A stretch of 64,000 nucleotides of DNA from the human T2T-CHM13v2.0 reference genome, Homo sapiens. The notes beneath the pieces were generated by a model. That model was not told the origin of the DNA. It saw nothing but the letters and a program-made list of their open reading frames with translations, and did not search any database. The translations under genes were made by a program, and so were the position numbers. The stretch lies in the NCBI RefSeq assembly GCF_009914755.1, contig NC_060934.1; one strand, written 5' to 3'. Shown here one piece after another: positions 35,132-48,648 of the stretch; the first letter of the stretch is position 1, and every line of letters starts with the position of its first letter.

Positions 35132-37269
35132 ATATTATAAACAGCATCTGTTTGAATGTTTTCATATTCTTTTTCATATCAAATATTGAGTATACTATTT
35201 TAAAATATTTTCACTTTTCACAAAAGCTAAATTAGGCTGATTAAATTTAGGCAGGGCTTTTTGATTTTTACTTATATGTGTCTTTCTTGTTTGAATTATT
35301 TTAATAAGAAGATACATGGCTTTCAGAAAGAAAGAGAGAAGAGAGAAGAAAGAAGAGAAGAAAAGAAAACTGGCAGTGCCGGTGTATCTGCATATTTTCT
35401 ATTTTGTCTTGACAACGTATGCAGATTATAGAACTTCTTAAAAGGTCATTTGATAAAGTGAAACAAATGACTTCGAAAAAATAATCCTAAGGGAAAATTG
35501 TTTGGAACAATTAAATTGTAATAAAAATAATTTAAACCACTTTGCAATTAGTCTTCTTATGAACATCTACAACTCCAAAATGATTTTGACAAAAATGAAT
35601 CTTGGCAACCAATTAATGCTCAGTCTCATCTAATTTATTTGGTTTTCTTGAGAGCAGAGAAAGCTGAAGAAGATTTCTAGAAATGATAACAATTTAAGAC
35701 ATTCACACACAATTGTATTTTTTGAAAAGCGTCTTATGTGAATTTTTATTACAAATAAAAATATTACACCTTTTGTTGTCATCTGAATACACTGCAATAA
35801 CTTTGAAGTTGTCTGAATTGTTATATTCAAAGCAAATCTGCATGGTGAAGCTTATTATTTTCATTTATTAAAAAAGAATATAACAAACTATTTTCAGTAA
35901 CTGTTACTAACTTTATTTAGATATCACCATCTGCATTTTAGGATTATCTGTACAATAACAATTGCATTGTTACATTAAATGCAAGAACCCCTCTTCTGCT
36001 TATCATTTTTAAGAGTAAAGCAATAGAGATGAAGTTGCAACAGTATTGGCTATTAGTGATATTTGCCAAGCCAAGTTTCTCTCTCTCTCTTTCTCTGTCT
36101 CTCTGTATGTAGTGACTGTAAAGCTAACCATCAGATTTCAAGTGTAGATTATGGAGTGTCTTATTATGTGGAAATAGGCTTCTGTGAGCTCATACAAGTA
36201 TGTGTGATGGTTAGGTTCACTATGAAATACCTTACAGATAAAATCTCTTTTATAATCTTTACTATACATTCATTTATGATTCATCAAAAACAACACAAAG
36301 AATTTAAAACTAAATGTATGCCCTTGTTATTTGTTTCATGGAACTCATTTGACCAAGATGACTAGATCGATTAAGAAAGGATAGACACACAGAACTTAAT
36401 TGCTAAGATCAAAGTATAATTTTAGCAAATCAACAATTGCCACTTATTTCTTCAATGGTACCTATGATCAAGAGGTTAATAATAGAGGTTTATGGATAGG
36501 ACTGTTTCCCTGTAGAAGGCAGAATACCAAATACCCCAAATTGCACTGCCCGTGTCTTTCAAGTGCCTATGATTACAAACTAAAATAAAAACATATACAA
36601 TGCAAACAAACGAAAAGCCCTATGGCTACATTTGGACAATACAGAAAACAATGGAAAGATTTGTATCTCCCTTTTTCCTCCCCTGTCTCCTCACCTCAGT
36701 TTTTTTTTCTTTTTAGTAGAGAGAGGAAAGAAAAGAAAAGTGGCAGAATCCAAAAAGAGGGAAGGAGCAAGAAGAGGAAAGAGAAATAGGAGGAATTGGG
36801 CAAGGTGAAAATAGACAAAAGGGTTATTTTAGTTGGCATTTCACTTGTTCTTCCAATAAAAGGCATATCCCATGTTATTTTGCTCATTGCCTTTGTCTGT
36901 CTGCTCTCTCTGCTCACCCCTGTGGGCCCATCAGGCCACCACTCATGTCTGCCTGCTGGGGGCTTGTGTAGAATAGAGCCCTGGCAGAGAAGGGCTTGAC
37001 AATCTTTTACATAAAGCCTGAGTAAAGATCCTTCAGATGTGTGTGATCTTCAGGAAGCCATTAGTTTCTTTGAGCCTCTGTTTTCTCTATTCTAAAATAA
37101 GAAAACTGCTGATGTTACAAAGTGCTTTGGAGGAACAACAAAAACAACAGCACACATATCCACACGTGCACACATACATACCCGGAACTCACCTCCTGCT
37201 CCTTCCTTTAAGCCTATGCATGCATGGCTTTATCTAATCTATAAAATGATAATAATAACTTTGAAAACC

Positions 37270-37760
37270 AAAATTATATATGTTTTTTATTATGCAAGTG
37301 TAAACAGGCAGTCTGTAGAAAAAATACATTTAAACAATATACCACTCTCAAAATAAACACTAATGGTTTTGGTATATTCTTAGAGTTTTTCTTCAATGAA
37401 TATACATACATATATTTTTATCCCAAAACACAGTTGTATATGTCATTCTGCAACTTGCTTTTTAAATGTGACAGTGCAATTCAGACATCTTTTTATATCA
37501 ATACATATAGATTAATCTTGCTATTTTTAATAGTTGCATACTTATATGCCTATAATTTATTTTAACTCATCCTCTTTGTGGACATTTACATAATTTTCCT
37601 TTTTTTGGCTAATTCAAGTAATACTCAGTGAATGTCTTTGCATATAGATTGTGTTAATTTTTCCGTAGGATAAGTTCTTAAAGTAGAATGTTTGTGTGAA
37701 AGGTATGCTCCATTTGAAATTTTGATGGATAACACCATATTGCCCTCCTAAAAAGATTAC
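37270..37760 (-). mobile_element. Old L1M (L1ME/L1MC-type) 3' fragment
   Basis: TTCTGCAACTTGCTTTTT...GGACATTTA...AAGTAGAAT...ATTGCCCTCC, typical of antisense L1M 3' UTR. Confidence 0.6.
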
Positions 37761-38645
37761 ATCTTATTTGCAATATTTTTCATTTCAATTTTCCAAGCTA
37801 GAAACTTCTGGGTCATCACCAAGCCTCTCCCTTTCATTTTCTAGCTTCCTTCCAAATTGTCACCATATCCTGTGATCATACTGCAGAAAGGATCTCCTCA
37901 TTTCATCCCCGCATCTTCATCCTTCCAGCCAGTTTCTCTTTGCTCATGTCTTATAGAAGAAACTTCCAAAAGTTATCCACAATCCATTGTCCTTGTCATC
38001 CTGGGCACTTGAGAGAGGACATGGTTTTCTAAGGCTCCCTGGTATCTACCTGGCCATGCCAATGGAAAGATAAATAAAATGGCACATGCCCCTTGCAGGC
38101 TTGGCCCCTAGGAACCTGCCATTCACATTCTTCCTGCCATTTCATCTTCTACTGGCTGAATGTTGCCAGTTACAAGGCCCTGTGGGAGGTGGAACTGCAC
38201 ATGGCAGAGCCTGGGTCTCTGAGTGAACATGCCAGAGGACAGCTACCCCACAGTCCTGAGTGACTGCCCAGAGCAATGCCTCTTGTGTTGAGCTATGACA
38301 TGGTTGGGTCTATTTGTTACAACAGTTAGACGTCAGTAGCAGAAGCAGAGAGGCCCCATCATTTTTTACTCACAGTATGAGAGCAGCCTTCTTGTTGGCC
38401 TCTCTAACTCCTGCTCCTTCCCCTTTCAGAAGCTCTGCTGCCAGAATAATCCCACTTTGAACCACAGTGACCTGTAACTCCTTCCTTTAAAGTCTTCAGG
38501 AACTCATTCCCTATAGATTCAGATCCAGACTCTTTGGCCTGGAATGGAAGATCCTTTATAACATGTCCACAGCCTTCCATGGGGTATTGGGGGCAGAGTC
38601 CTCATCTATCTTGTCCTCTGTGCTAGATAATCCAACATACAGTAG

Positions 38646-39257
38646 TGAAACCATCCCCCTTCCTTCTCCCCTGATGAAAACTATAAAGTGTATAAACTGT
38701 AGAGTTAATCAGGGGAGAAGGAAGGGGGAGAAATAAAAATAAGCCAAGCTTGAAGCACACTCTGCATTAGTCATGAGGTCAGCCTGCTTCCTCATAGTGG
38801 TTTGCTGCCTGTTGCCTCAGAATCATGTAGACCCTGTTACAAGATAAAAGTTCCCCTTTACTGATCTACAGATAACTTGAACATTACAAAGAATTGTTTT
38901 CCCTTTGAGATATTCTCTCAGTTCCTGCATACCAATAAAACTACTAGTGACTCAGCTGGTCTGAAGAACCCCACAGGAGGTGATTCACCAAAGAATACAG
39001 TTTCCACATCCTGATGATTTCATCCCCCTTACCCTGAAAAATGAACAACCCCAATTTTCCAGCCCCTCACCCTCCATGTCTCCCTTAAAAACTCCAGCCC
39101 AGAATTCCTAGGGGAGATGGTTTTGAAGGGGCTCCTCCCATCTCCTCACTCTGCTGCCTTGTGATCATTGAACTCTTTCTCTGCTGCAAGTCCTGCTGTC
39201 TCATTGTATTGGTCTCTTACTGCACAGTGGGCATATGAACTTGCTGCTTCTCTAACA
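38646..39257 (+). mobile_element. LTR26-like ERV1 solo LTR, full length, with internal foldback
   Basis: TGAAACC ... TAACA with 4-bp TSD GTAG. CAGTTTCCACATCCTGATGATTTCATCCCCCTTACCC matches recalled LTR26. Sits in an L2 3' end. Confidence 0.82.
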
Positions 39258-41269
39258 GTAGCATTCAATACATACTTGCAGAATAAATCAATTCATATTG
39301 TTTGCTTTAGAGACAAATATAATGCAACATCAAGGAGGCAGTTTTATAAAAACAATTTGCTTTGTAGGGTTATTAATTTACGCTTAGCAATTGCTAAAAA
39401 TACTGATTTCATGGCTCACCTCTTGAGATAGGGTAAAACAGCATGTTTTTGATATTGCTGATTTAGGTCCATAACATTCTAAGCCTAAAAGGGCCTTAGA
39501 GCTCATCTAGTACAATTTTCTCATTTTGCAGATAAAAACACTGCATTCCAGACAGCTGAAGAGACTCCAGGCTATGAAACCAGTGGGATACAGTCCCAAG
39601 CAGGCCAGCACCCAGTTCATAGGTCTGTCTGCCTTCTGTGACACCAGGCTGTCCCTAAGGCTAATGGCCCTAGACAACTTGATCTCTGCAGTCTAATGTC
39701 TGCTTATATTCAACTGGCTTTGTGGCTCCATTTAAGGTTTTATTTTTTGGTGCCTCATTTGTCAATTTGGTTTCCCAGTCTTGGTCTGACTGGGAAGAAG
39801 CAGAGCCAGTGTACCATGCAGGGGACGGGATGTTAGATCTGGCCTCTTGCTCTGCATTCCTCTGTCACCCATAGAATTTATTGAGCTTCCTCATGTACAG
39901 GTCCTTCTTCATTCATCAGGGCCAGAGGCTGCTGGTGAGCAGGGAGGCATTTTTTCTAACATGGTGGGAGGAATGGCAGTTTTATAACTATAATTATACC
40001 CTCCAGAAAATAACTGTTACTTAAAAGGTGTATCGTTCTTTGTACATGGATCTGAAGGCTCAGCGATGGGTACATTTAAAAATCAATAAAGTAGTCAGCC
40101 AAACATTCAGCTCATGCATCACAAGCTCACAGGGATTCAGATTTAACAGAAAGATGGGGTAGGCACTGCAGTGGTTTGGGCCATGGGCACCTACTGTGTA
40201 AAGGAACAGAAACATTGTAAGACATTTCAAATTGCCCTGCACTTGTTCAGGTTAGGTTCATCTTGTCAGATACCTTTCCTATTCTCTCTGGTACTTCTCC
40301 ATCACTTAGGATGAATGGTGAAGAGTTTTCTGGCAAAGTGCTTGTTGCACTTTGGTGTTAACCAGCTATTGACAGCCACACACTTTGAAGTGACTTCTCC
40401 TACAGGAGTCACTGATGGACAGCAGAGTGTAGTGCAAATATCAGGACTGAGGTTGGGAGGTTTAAATTACAGGTTTCAAATGATTTTGGGAGGAAAACTT
40501 CCATTTTCAAACAGGGTGAATTATGAGAAACAACCTGAAATGCCACCTTTATGCCTCTTCTTATAACCTAAAAATACAGAATGGTCCTGAGAAAGTTTGC
40601 TTTGGCTAAGTAGCATATTTGTCTGTAAACTATGAAATTGCTCATTCATTCATCCATACAGTCATTAAGTTGATACATATTTATTAAGAGTATCCTCAAC
40701 ACCATTGAATATATACTCAATGAGTTGTTCTATGTGGTGGAATTAACAATAATGACAAACCAAGCCCCTTTACTCATGGAGTTTACATTTCAATGGAATA
40801 AGAATAATAATATAACAATAAGAAAACATAATAAGCCATGAGAGCTGCATTGGTTATATTTTAGTTTGTTGAAAAAACCCCTCAAACTAAGTATCTTAAA
40901 GCAAGAGTTGTTCATGATTTCCCACTATTTTGTGGGCAAGAGGGTGGGTCATTTGCTGCCCTCACCTGGACTCACACTTGTGGCTCCTTTGAACCGGAAG
41001 GTCAGCTGGTGGCTGGGCTTGGCTGGGCTTGGCTGGGCGCACTGGGTGGCCAGGCCCTTCTGACCACGTCATGTTTTGTCTCTGGGTGGTCTTAGGGTTC
41101 CATGGGAACAAGTACCAAAGAGCAAGTGCTTATTGAGTTTCTGTGTGTGCCATGTTTGCTAATGCCCCACAGGCCAGAGAAAGTCACAAAGCTAGGGGCA
41201 TGGATATGAGAATGCATGATTCATTACCGACCAGTAGAGAAACAATCTAACACATTGGTAATAAGAGGC

Positions 41270-41900
41270 AGGAAGAAAACTAAAGAATGAGGGAATCAAC
41301 GGAGAGTGATGGGGCAGTTATTTTAGATAAGGAGATCAAGATGACTCTCTTTGAGGAGAGAACATTGAAACAGAGACCTGTGAAGTAGGGTAGGGGGTCA
41401 AGTGGAGGTACCAAGAGAGTGTTCCAGCCAGAGGGTTAGCATGTGCAAATGCCCTGAGTGGGAACAACAGGGAGCCAGTGTGGCTGGAGGGCAGTAAGCC
41501 AAGGGAGAATGTTATCATAGTGGTGGAACCTTGTAGGCTCTTGCAGACCACGGTAAGGACTTCACAAGGTGTTCTAAGATGGAAGGAAACCTGCACATGC
41601 TCGTTGTAGAAAAGGGAAGAATTTGATTTATGTTTTAAAAGGATCACTCTGGCTTCTGTGTAGAGAATAAACCTTATAAGAGCAAAAGTGGAAGCAGGAA
41701 AAGAAGTTAGGAGAAAAGAGAGAGTGAGGTGGCTTGGAATGCAATTATAACAGCGCAGATGGTGAGAAAGAGACAAACTCAGCATATGTTTTGAAATCAG
41801 GGCTCACGGTACTTAAAATGGATTGAATGTGGGTTATGAGAGAAAGGCATGAAGGATGCCTTCTAGGTTATTGTCTGACCACCTTGGTGAGTGGTGTTTC
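41270..41900 (-). mobile_element. L2a-like fragment
   Basis: GCATGTGCAAATGCCCTGAG...TTTAAAAGGATCACTCTGGCT...GGATTGAATGTGGG. Confidence 0.75.
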
Positions 41901-42104
41901 TATTATGAGAGAGATCGCATTGGCTGGGTCAGGGTAGAATGCAACATAGAAGATAGCGGACATATTTAGAAAATGAAATCAATGACATTGCCTCACAAAA
42001 TTCTAAAGCTGAAAATCCAGCAACTGACATAATCCCATCATTTTATAGACAAAGAAATTGGGATCTGGGAAAATGAAGGAATTTCTTTTTTTAAAAAACA
42101 CTTT

Positions 42105-42615
<511 letters not shown>

Positions 42616-42785
42616 TAGTTTCATCCTACAGGTGAAATTAGTTTGCTGATAAATGTCAAATGCTTTAAGATTTCGGAGAAAGTTATTTAGATACTCTGAC
42701 TCTAATTTTTTTGTGGAGGGAGGATCACATTCGATAAACACTCAAGAGAATAAGATAGAGGAATGAGGCACCGGCAGAAGGGTTT

Positions 42786-43180
42786 TGTATTAGTCTGTTC
42801 TCACCCTGTTTTGAATAAATACCTGAGACTGGGTAGTTTATAAAGAAAAGAGTTTAATTTACTCACAGTTCCACATAGCTGGAGAGCCTCAGGGAACTTA
42901 CAATTACGGTGAAGGCACCCCTTCACAGGGCGGGAATAGAGAGAAAATGAGTGCCAGCAGGAGAAATGCCAGATGCTTATAAAACCATCAGATCTTGTGA
43001 GACTTGCTCATTATCATGAAAACAGCATGGGGGAAACTGCCCTCATGATTCAGTTACCTCCACCTGGTCCCACCCATGACATTTGGGAATTATGGGAGCT
43101 ACAATTCAAGACGACATTTGGGAATTATGGGAACTACAATTCAAGATGAGATTTGGGTGGGAACACAGTCAAGCCATTTT
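42786..43180 (-). mobile_element. THE1 (D/C-like) solo LTR with an internal 35-bp tandem duplication
   Basis: TGTATTAGTCTGTTCTCAC ... GAGATTTGGGTGGGAACACAG. Duplication at 43078-43147. Confidence 0.85.
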
Positions 43181-43224
43181 AGGTTTGGTGGAATTGCTTC
43201 TTTGAAAATACAGTTGCAGGGACC

Positions 43225-43620
43225 TGTCTTAGTCCTTTTGTGTTGTTATAAAGGAATACCTAAGGCTGCATAATTTATAAAGAATAGAGGTTTATTTTGC
43301 TAACCGTTCTACAAGCTGTGTAAGAAGCATGGAGCCAGCATGTGCATCTGGTAAGGGTTTCAGGCTGCTTCCACTCATGGCGGAAGGGGAAGGGGAACCA
43401 GCATGTGAACTGGTTGTTAAAAAGAGCAGGGCACCTCCCTCCCCTCTCTTGTTTCCTCTGTTGCCCATATGATCTGCACATGCTGGCACCCCTTAGCCTT
43501 GGCCATGAATAGATCTACCCCAGGGTCCAAACACCTCTCACCAGGCCCTACCTCCAACACTGGGGATCATATTTCAACTTGAGACTTGGCTGAGTCATAC
43601 AAACCAGATCCAAATCATAG
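43225..43620 (-). mobile_element. MSTB1-like MaLR LTR
   Basis: TGTCTTAGTCC...GGCCCTACCTCCAACACTGGGGATCATATTTCAAC. Confidence 0.75.
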
Positions 43621-44631
43621 AAGGACCATAGCTAGTTTGGATAGATTTTACCATCAAGAGGTCTACCCAGACAAATGAAAGATCTGTGAGCATTTGTTGA
43701 ATGAATCTTCAACAAAGTTTAGGCATTTTGAATATTTAGGTTTCCTTGTTGAAGCTTGAAAATATGCCTTTTGCATTTGACAAAAATTAAGTTACATTCT
43801 CTGAAGTCTGTTGAAGTAAATTTTTGTAGTCCTGTCATTCATTTCCCACTTTATTGAGTACACTGCTGGTATTTTTGGTTGTTGTTTTTAAGCTTTCTTT
43901 ATTTTCCAATCCAAATTGATGTGTATCAGGCTGGTATTTTTAATGTTAATGGGCACTCAAAATTTAGTGTTCAGAGAGGTAGAGAAGGCAAAAGAAATAG
44001 GCTGAAATTTATCTTAAATCAAAGAGCCAGGCTAAAAGGAGTCTATGTCAAGGGGGCAGGAGGTATGGTTACTACGAATTTAAATAGGATTCCCCTTGTA
44101 TGAAATTAGCAGTTCTTCATTACTCAGCACGTCCTTCCCCACCTATTTCCTTCATCATACTTATCATCCAGAGATTGCTGAAGACAGAAACATATTATGA
44201 TGACCTTTATTAGGTGTTTACTATATTCCAGGTTTGTAGCTAAGTGCTTTATAAACATTACCTCATTATTGTTTTGTCCCTAGAGTCAACGCTTATCTGA
44301 CTCTAATCTTCCTAGAAGATAGGGCCCTGGTTTTTTGATATATTCACTATACGACCTTCAGCAAGTCATTAAGTTCCTTATGCCTCAGGTTTATAATTTA
44401 TGAAATGCAGGATGGATTTTTGTGTATACTACCCTTCAAATTTTATTTCTCTTTAAAAGTTATGACTTAAAAATAATTCCATGTTTGGCTTTATCTAAGG
44501 AGATGAGGGCATCAATGGAAAAGGACTTTGAAAAATGAAAAAATGAACAGGTCCTTCTAGAAGTTCGAGTTTTTGAGAAAAAAATTGCGGGAATGAGAAG
44601 TCTTCCTTTCCCTAACTCTTTTTACTGCTGA

Positions 44632-44936
44632 TTTTATTTATTTATTTATTTTTGAGATGGAGTTTCACTGTTTTGCCCAGCCAGGAATGAAGTGGCACAA
44701 TCTCGGCTTACTGGAACCTCTGCTCCCCCAGGTTCAAGAGATTCTCTTGCCTCAGACTCCTGAGTAGCTGGGATTATAGACACCTGCCACCATGCCTGGC
44801 TAACTTTTGTATTTCTAGTAGAGATGGAGTTTTGCCATGTTGGCCAGGCTGGTCTCAAACTCCTGACCTCAGGTGATCCACCCGCCTCAGCCTCCCAAAG
44901 TGCTGGAATTACAGGCATGAGCCACCATACCTGGCC
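44632..44936 (-). mobile_element. AluSx-like element
   Basis: Antisense Alu with TSD TTTTACTGCT. Confidence 0.93.
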
Positions 44937-45154
44937 TCGTTTTACTGCTTTGAATGGCAAGATTCCCTTATGTGTTTCCTAGTTCAAATTATTTTGTTGT
45001 AGTTGTCAAAATTACTTTGTCCTGTTTTTGGAGGCAAGCATATAGTCTTATTTACCAATTAGTTTCAGAAATGTGAGTAGCATAGCTTCTCACATAGGCA
45101 GACTTTGTCAAGGATGATGTGGGAGGAATATTGAAGGATAAGTAGTCCTTAGTC

Positions 45155-45560
45155 TCTGTGTTAGCCCATTTTCTGTAGCTTATAACAGAATACCTGAAAG
45201 TCGGTAATTTACAAGAAAAGGAAGGTATTTCTTACAGTTATGGAGGCCAAGAGTCCAGGGTTGAGGAGCTGCATCTGGTGAGAGCCTTCTTCATGGTAGG
45301 GTCCACGTCAGCTCAAGGTATAGCATGGCAAGGGGGCTAAGCGTGTTGATGGGCTAGCTCAGGTCTCTCTTCCTCTTCCTATAAAGCCACCAGTTCCCCT
45401 CCCATGATAACCGTGAATCCACGACTGGATTAATCCATTCAAGAGGGAAGAGCCCTCATGATCCAATCATCTCTTGAAGGCCCCACCTCTCAATACTGAC
45501 ACATTGGGGATTAAGTTTCAACATCAGTTTTGGAGGAGACAAACATCCAAACCCTAGTAG
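45155..45560 (-). mobile_element. MSTC/MSTD-like MaLR LTR
   Basis: TGTGTTAGCCCATTTTCTGTAGCTTATAACAGAATACCTG...GGCCCCACCTCTCAATACTG. Confidence 0.72.
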
Positions 45561-45798
45561 CTTCCAGTACAGAATTGCCAATACCTTAGGTACTTCCAAG
45601 TAGAGAATTCCCCGGAAAATCTATTCCTTGGTTTTGGAGATTACTCTCCAAGTTCTCGCCAACTTGAGTTTCCGTGGTTCTGTGAGATTCTTTTTTCAAG
45701 TAATTCAAGGGTTTTCAGGTAGATACTGTCATAGATTCTGTTTCAAATCTGCCAATTCTACTGAACACAAAAAAAGGTTTTTTTTAATCCAGATTTTT

Positions 45799-46070
<272 letters not shown>

Positions 46071-46546
46071 TGATCCAGATTTTTAAAAGGTTTACTTGAG
46101 TCTTAGTTTCATATTATGAACAGACAATCTCTAAGACTGAAGTTTAAAAGTTGCACTGAAGTACAGACTTCAAGTCCAAGTTTACAATTTCAGTTTCTCA
46201 CTTACCTCATTTCTGATGTGCTTGTTATTTTATCTATATTCTGCAGAGTGAAAAAGTGCAGAATGAGAGTCATTAAGGTCTAAATTGGTTGTTGCTAAGG
46301 GTCTAAATTACTGTTGATGATGATGTAGCCCTTCTGGTGGCCTAGCTTTGCTGCTTTTGGTGCTGAGAGGTAGGGCGAAGGTCATGGGACTTGAAGTGGG
46401 AGGCAGGAGGAGGTGTGCGGGGTGTGCAGGGTGTGCATCCTGCAGTTTCTGCTTCTGACATTCAATCTTCCACCTTTGAAACTCTTTTTTGGGCCAGGGG
46501 TCACCACTTACTATAGGTAGAAGGCAGTCCCAATTCCTCCCTAACA

Positions 46547-46860
46547 GGCTGGGCGCAATGACTCACAGCACTTTGGGAGGCTGAGGCGGGCAGATCACTT
46601 GAGGTCAGGAGTTCAAGACCAGCCTGTCCTACATGGTGAAACCCTATGTCTACTAAAAATACAAAAAGTAGCTGGGCGTGGTGGTTCACACCTGTAGTCG
46701 CAGCTGCTTGGAAGGCTGAGCCAGGAGAATCACTTGAACCTGAGAGGCAAACACTGCAGTGAGCTAAGATGGTACCACTGCACTCCAGCCTGGGTGATAG
46801 AGCAAGACTCCATCTCAAAAAATAAATAAATAAATAAATAAATAACAAAAAGGAAAAAGA
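46547..46860 (+). mobile_element. AluSx-like element with small 5' internal deletion and (TAAA)n tail
   Basis: GGCTGGGCGCAATGACTCACAGCACTTTGGG lacks the usual GCCTGTAATCC. Confidence 0.92.
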
Positions 46861-48423
46861 AACATTTAAGTATCCAGTGTAGACAAGTATCCAGCTTTGT
46901 GTAGATAGAGAGGCCATTCTCACAGATTTCTTTGGGTCTGCATTATCTTCCCAAACCACAACCGGTTTTTGGCCCAGAAATTCAAATTTGCTCCCTGAAG
47001 TCTGTTTTTCTTCTATGTTGAGCTTGTCACTGAAAAGTCAGTTGTCAATCTTAACATAATCCCCTTTCTACAAATTCCAACTATTTGGTTCTTTTGTCTC
47101 TCTAATTATTTTATTCAAAACTATCTATTCTTGTTTTGGGGGACAGGAGATTTCCCTTCTTATTAAAAACCACTTAGTTATCAGTGATTATAAGATCAGC
47201 AATTCCTTGAGGACAAGGATTATGGGTTATTCATCATTGTATGTTCACTCATGCTTAAACACTGGACAATTTTTTTTTTTTATAAGCAAGCTACAGACAA
47301 CCAAAATGGGGCAAGGGAATTCAACATGTAATCCATGTTTACCAAAACGAGATTTCCTGAGATTTCCAGCATAGCAAATGTATGTTTCTGTACTTTTCTT
47401 CCTTTTCTTCAAGTAATTGCAACCAACTTTCTAGGCTATGTACCTGTTAATGTCAGAAATTGTTCTCTGTCTCTCTCTCTGTCTTCCATGTTGCCAAGTG
47501 TTGTGGACAGCAATATAAATTCCTTAAATGAATGAATGCGATTTTTCAAGCCCAGTTAGTTTATTTTTCAGAAGAACCAAGTTCTAGTGAATTAAACTTT
47601 TATGATCTAGCAAATCCGTCACACAAACCAGTTGGGAAAACACCTATAATTTATGCTTCACAGACCTTCTGTCTACATTCTAAAATTTTATTTGCAGTGC
47701 CTACACTGATTTGAATAAATTGAAAACCAAGGTTTTTTTTCTTTTCTTTTTTCAAATAAAACAAACGAGGGTTGAACAGTTTTGTATATTTCGAATTGTA
47801 ATAATTTTATTTCTTTCTTCATTCCCTGTTTCTCCTATGAAATTAAAATGCAAGATTTAAAATGTGTTGAATTGTTAAGTATATTTTGTATTTATTTTAG
47901 ACTAAATCAGAGTAATTAATAGAAATTCTAAATGGAAATCACCTAATGATATTGGGTTCAAATTTTGTTGAAGTTAATTTAATTTTTATTAATAATTTAT
48001 CAAATATAGCTGGCTTTTGTGAATTATATTAAAACGTATCTTTCTGTGAAGTGTTGAGGCCAAGAATGAAACCTTAGATGGAAGACCCAGATTTACTGGA
48101 AGTAGGCCAGAAATTGTAATCAAAGGTTTTGGACTTTCTGCTCTGGGTTTAAATTCTAGTCCCAGCAGTTTTTAGAAGCAAGGTTAATGAATCTCTGGGC
48201 ACCTATGAGAAGGCGTGTTTTGAAGGCCTTCCCCAAAGCCAGCCCTCTCTAAGTCTCTGGCGTTCTTTTCTTTGAATGGATGTACTTAGGAGTCCACAGG
48301 GAGCTATGGACACAGAGGAGAGAAGAAAAATAAAATTAAAAAAAAAAAAGCTAATTTCTTGGTCATGATTGTTTAAAAAGAACTTGCAAAAGAAAAGAAA
48401 CAGAAGGGTCAAAAAGACGAATA

Positions 48424-48648
48424 CAGGTTGAGTATCCCTTATCCAAAATCTTGGGACCAGAAGTGTTTCAGTCTTGGATTTTTAGGGATTTTGGAATATT
48501 TGGATATATGTAGCACCCCAAATTTGAAAATTTGAAATAAAAAATGCTCCAATAAGCATTTCCTTTAAGTAGCATGTCTATGCTCAAAAAGTTTTGAATT
48601 TAGAAGCATTGTGGATTTCAGAGTTTTGGATTTGGGATGCTCAACCTG
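48424..48648 (+). mobile_element. Tigger4a (MER46A) MITE
   Basis: TIRs CAGGTTGAGTATCCC / GGGATGCTCAACCTG. Confidence 0.88.
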
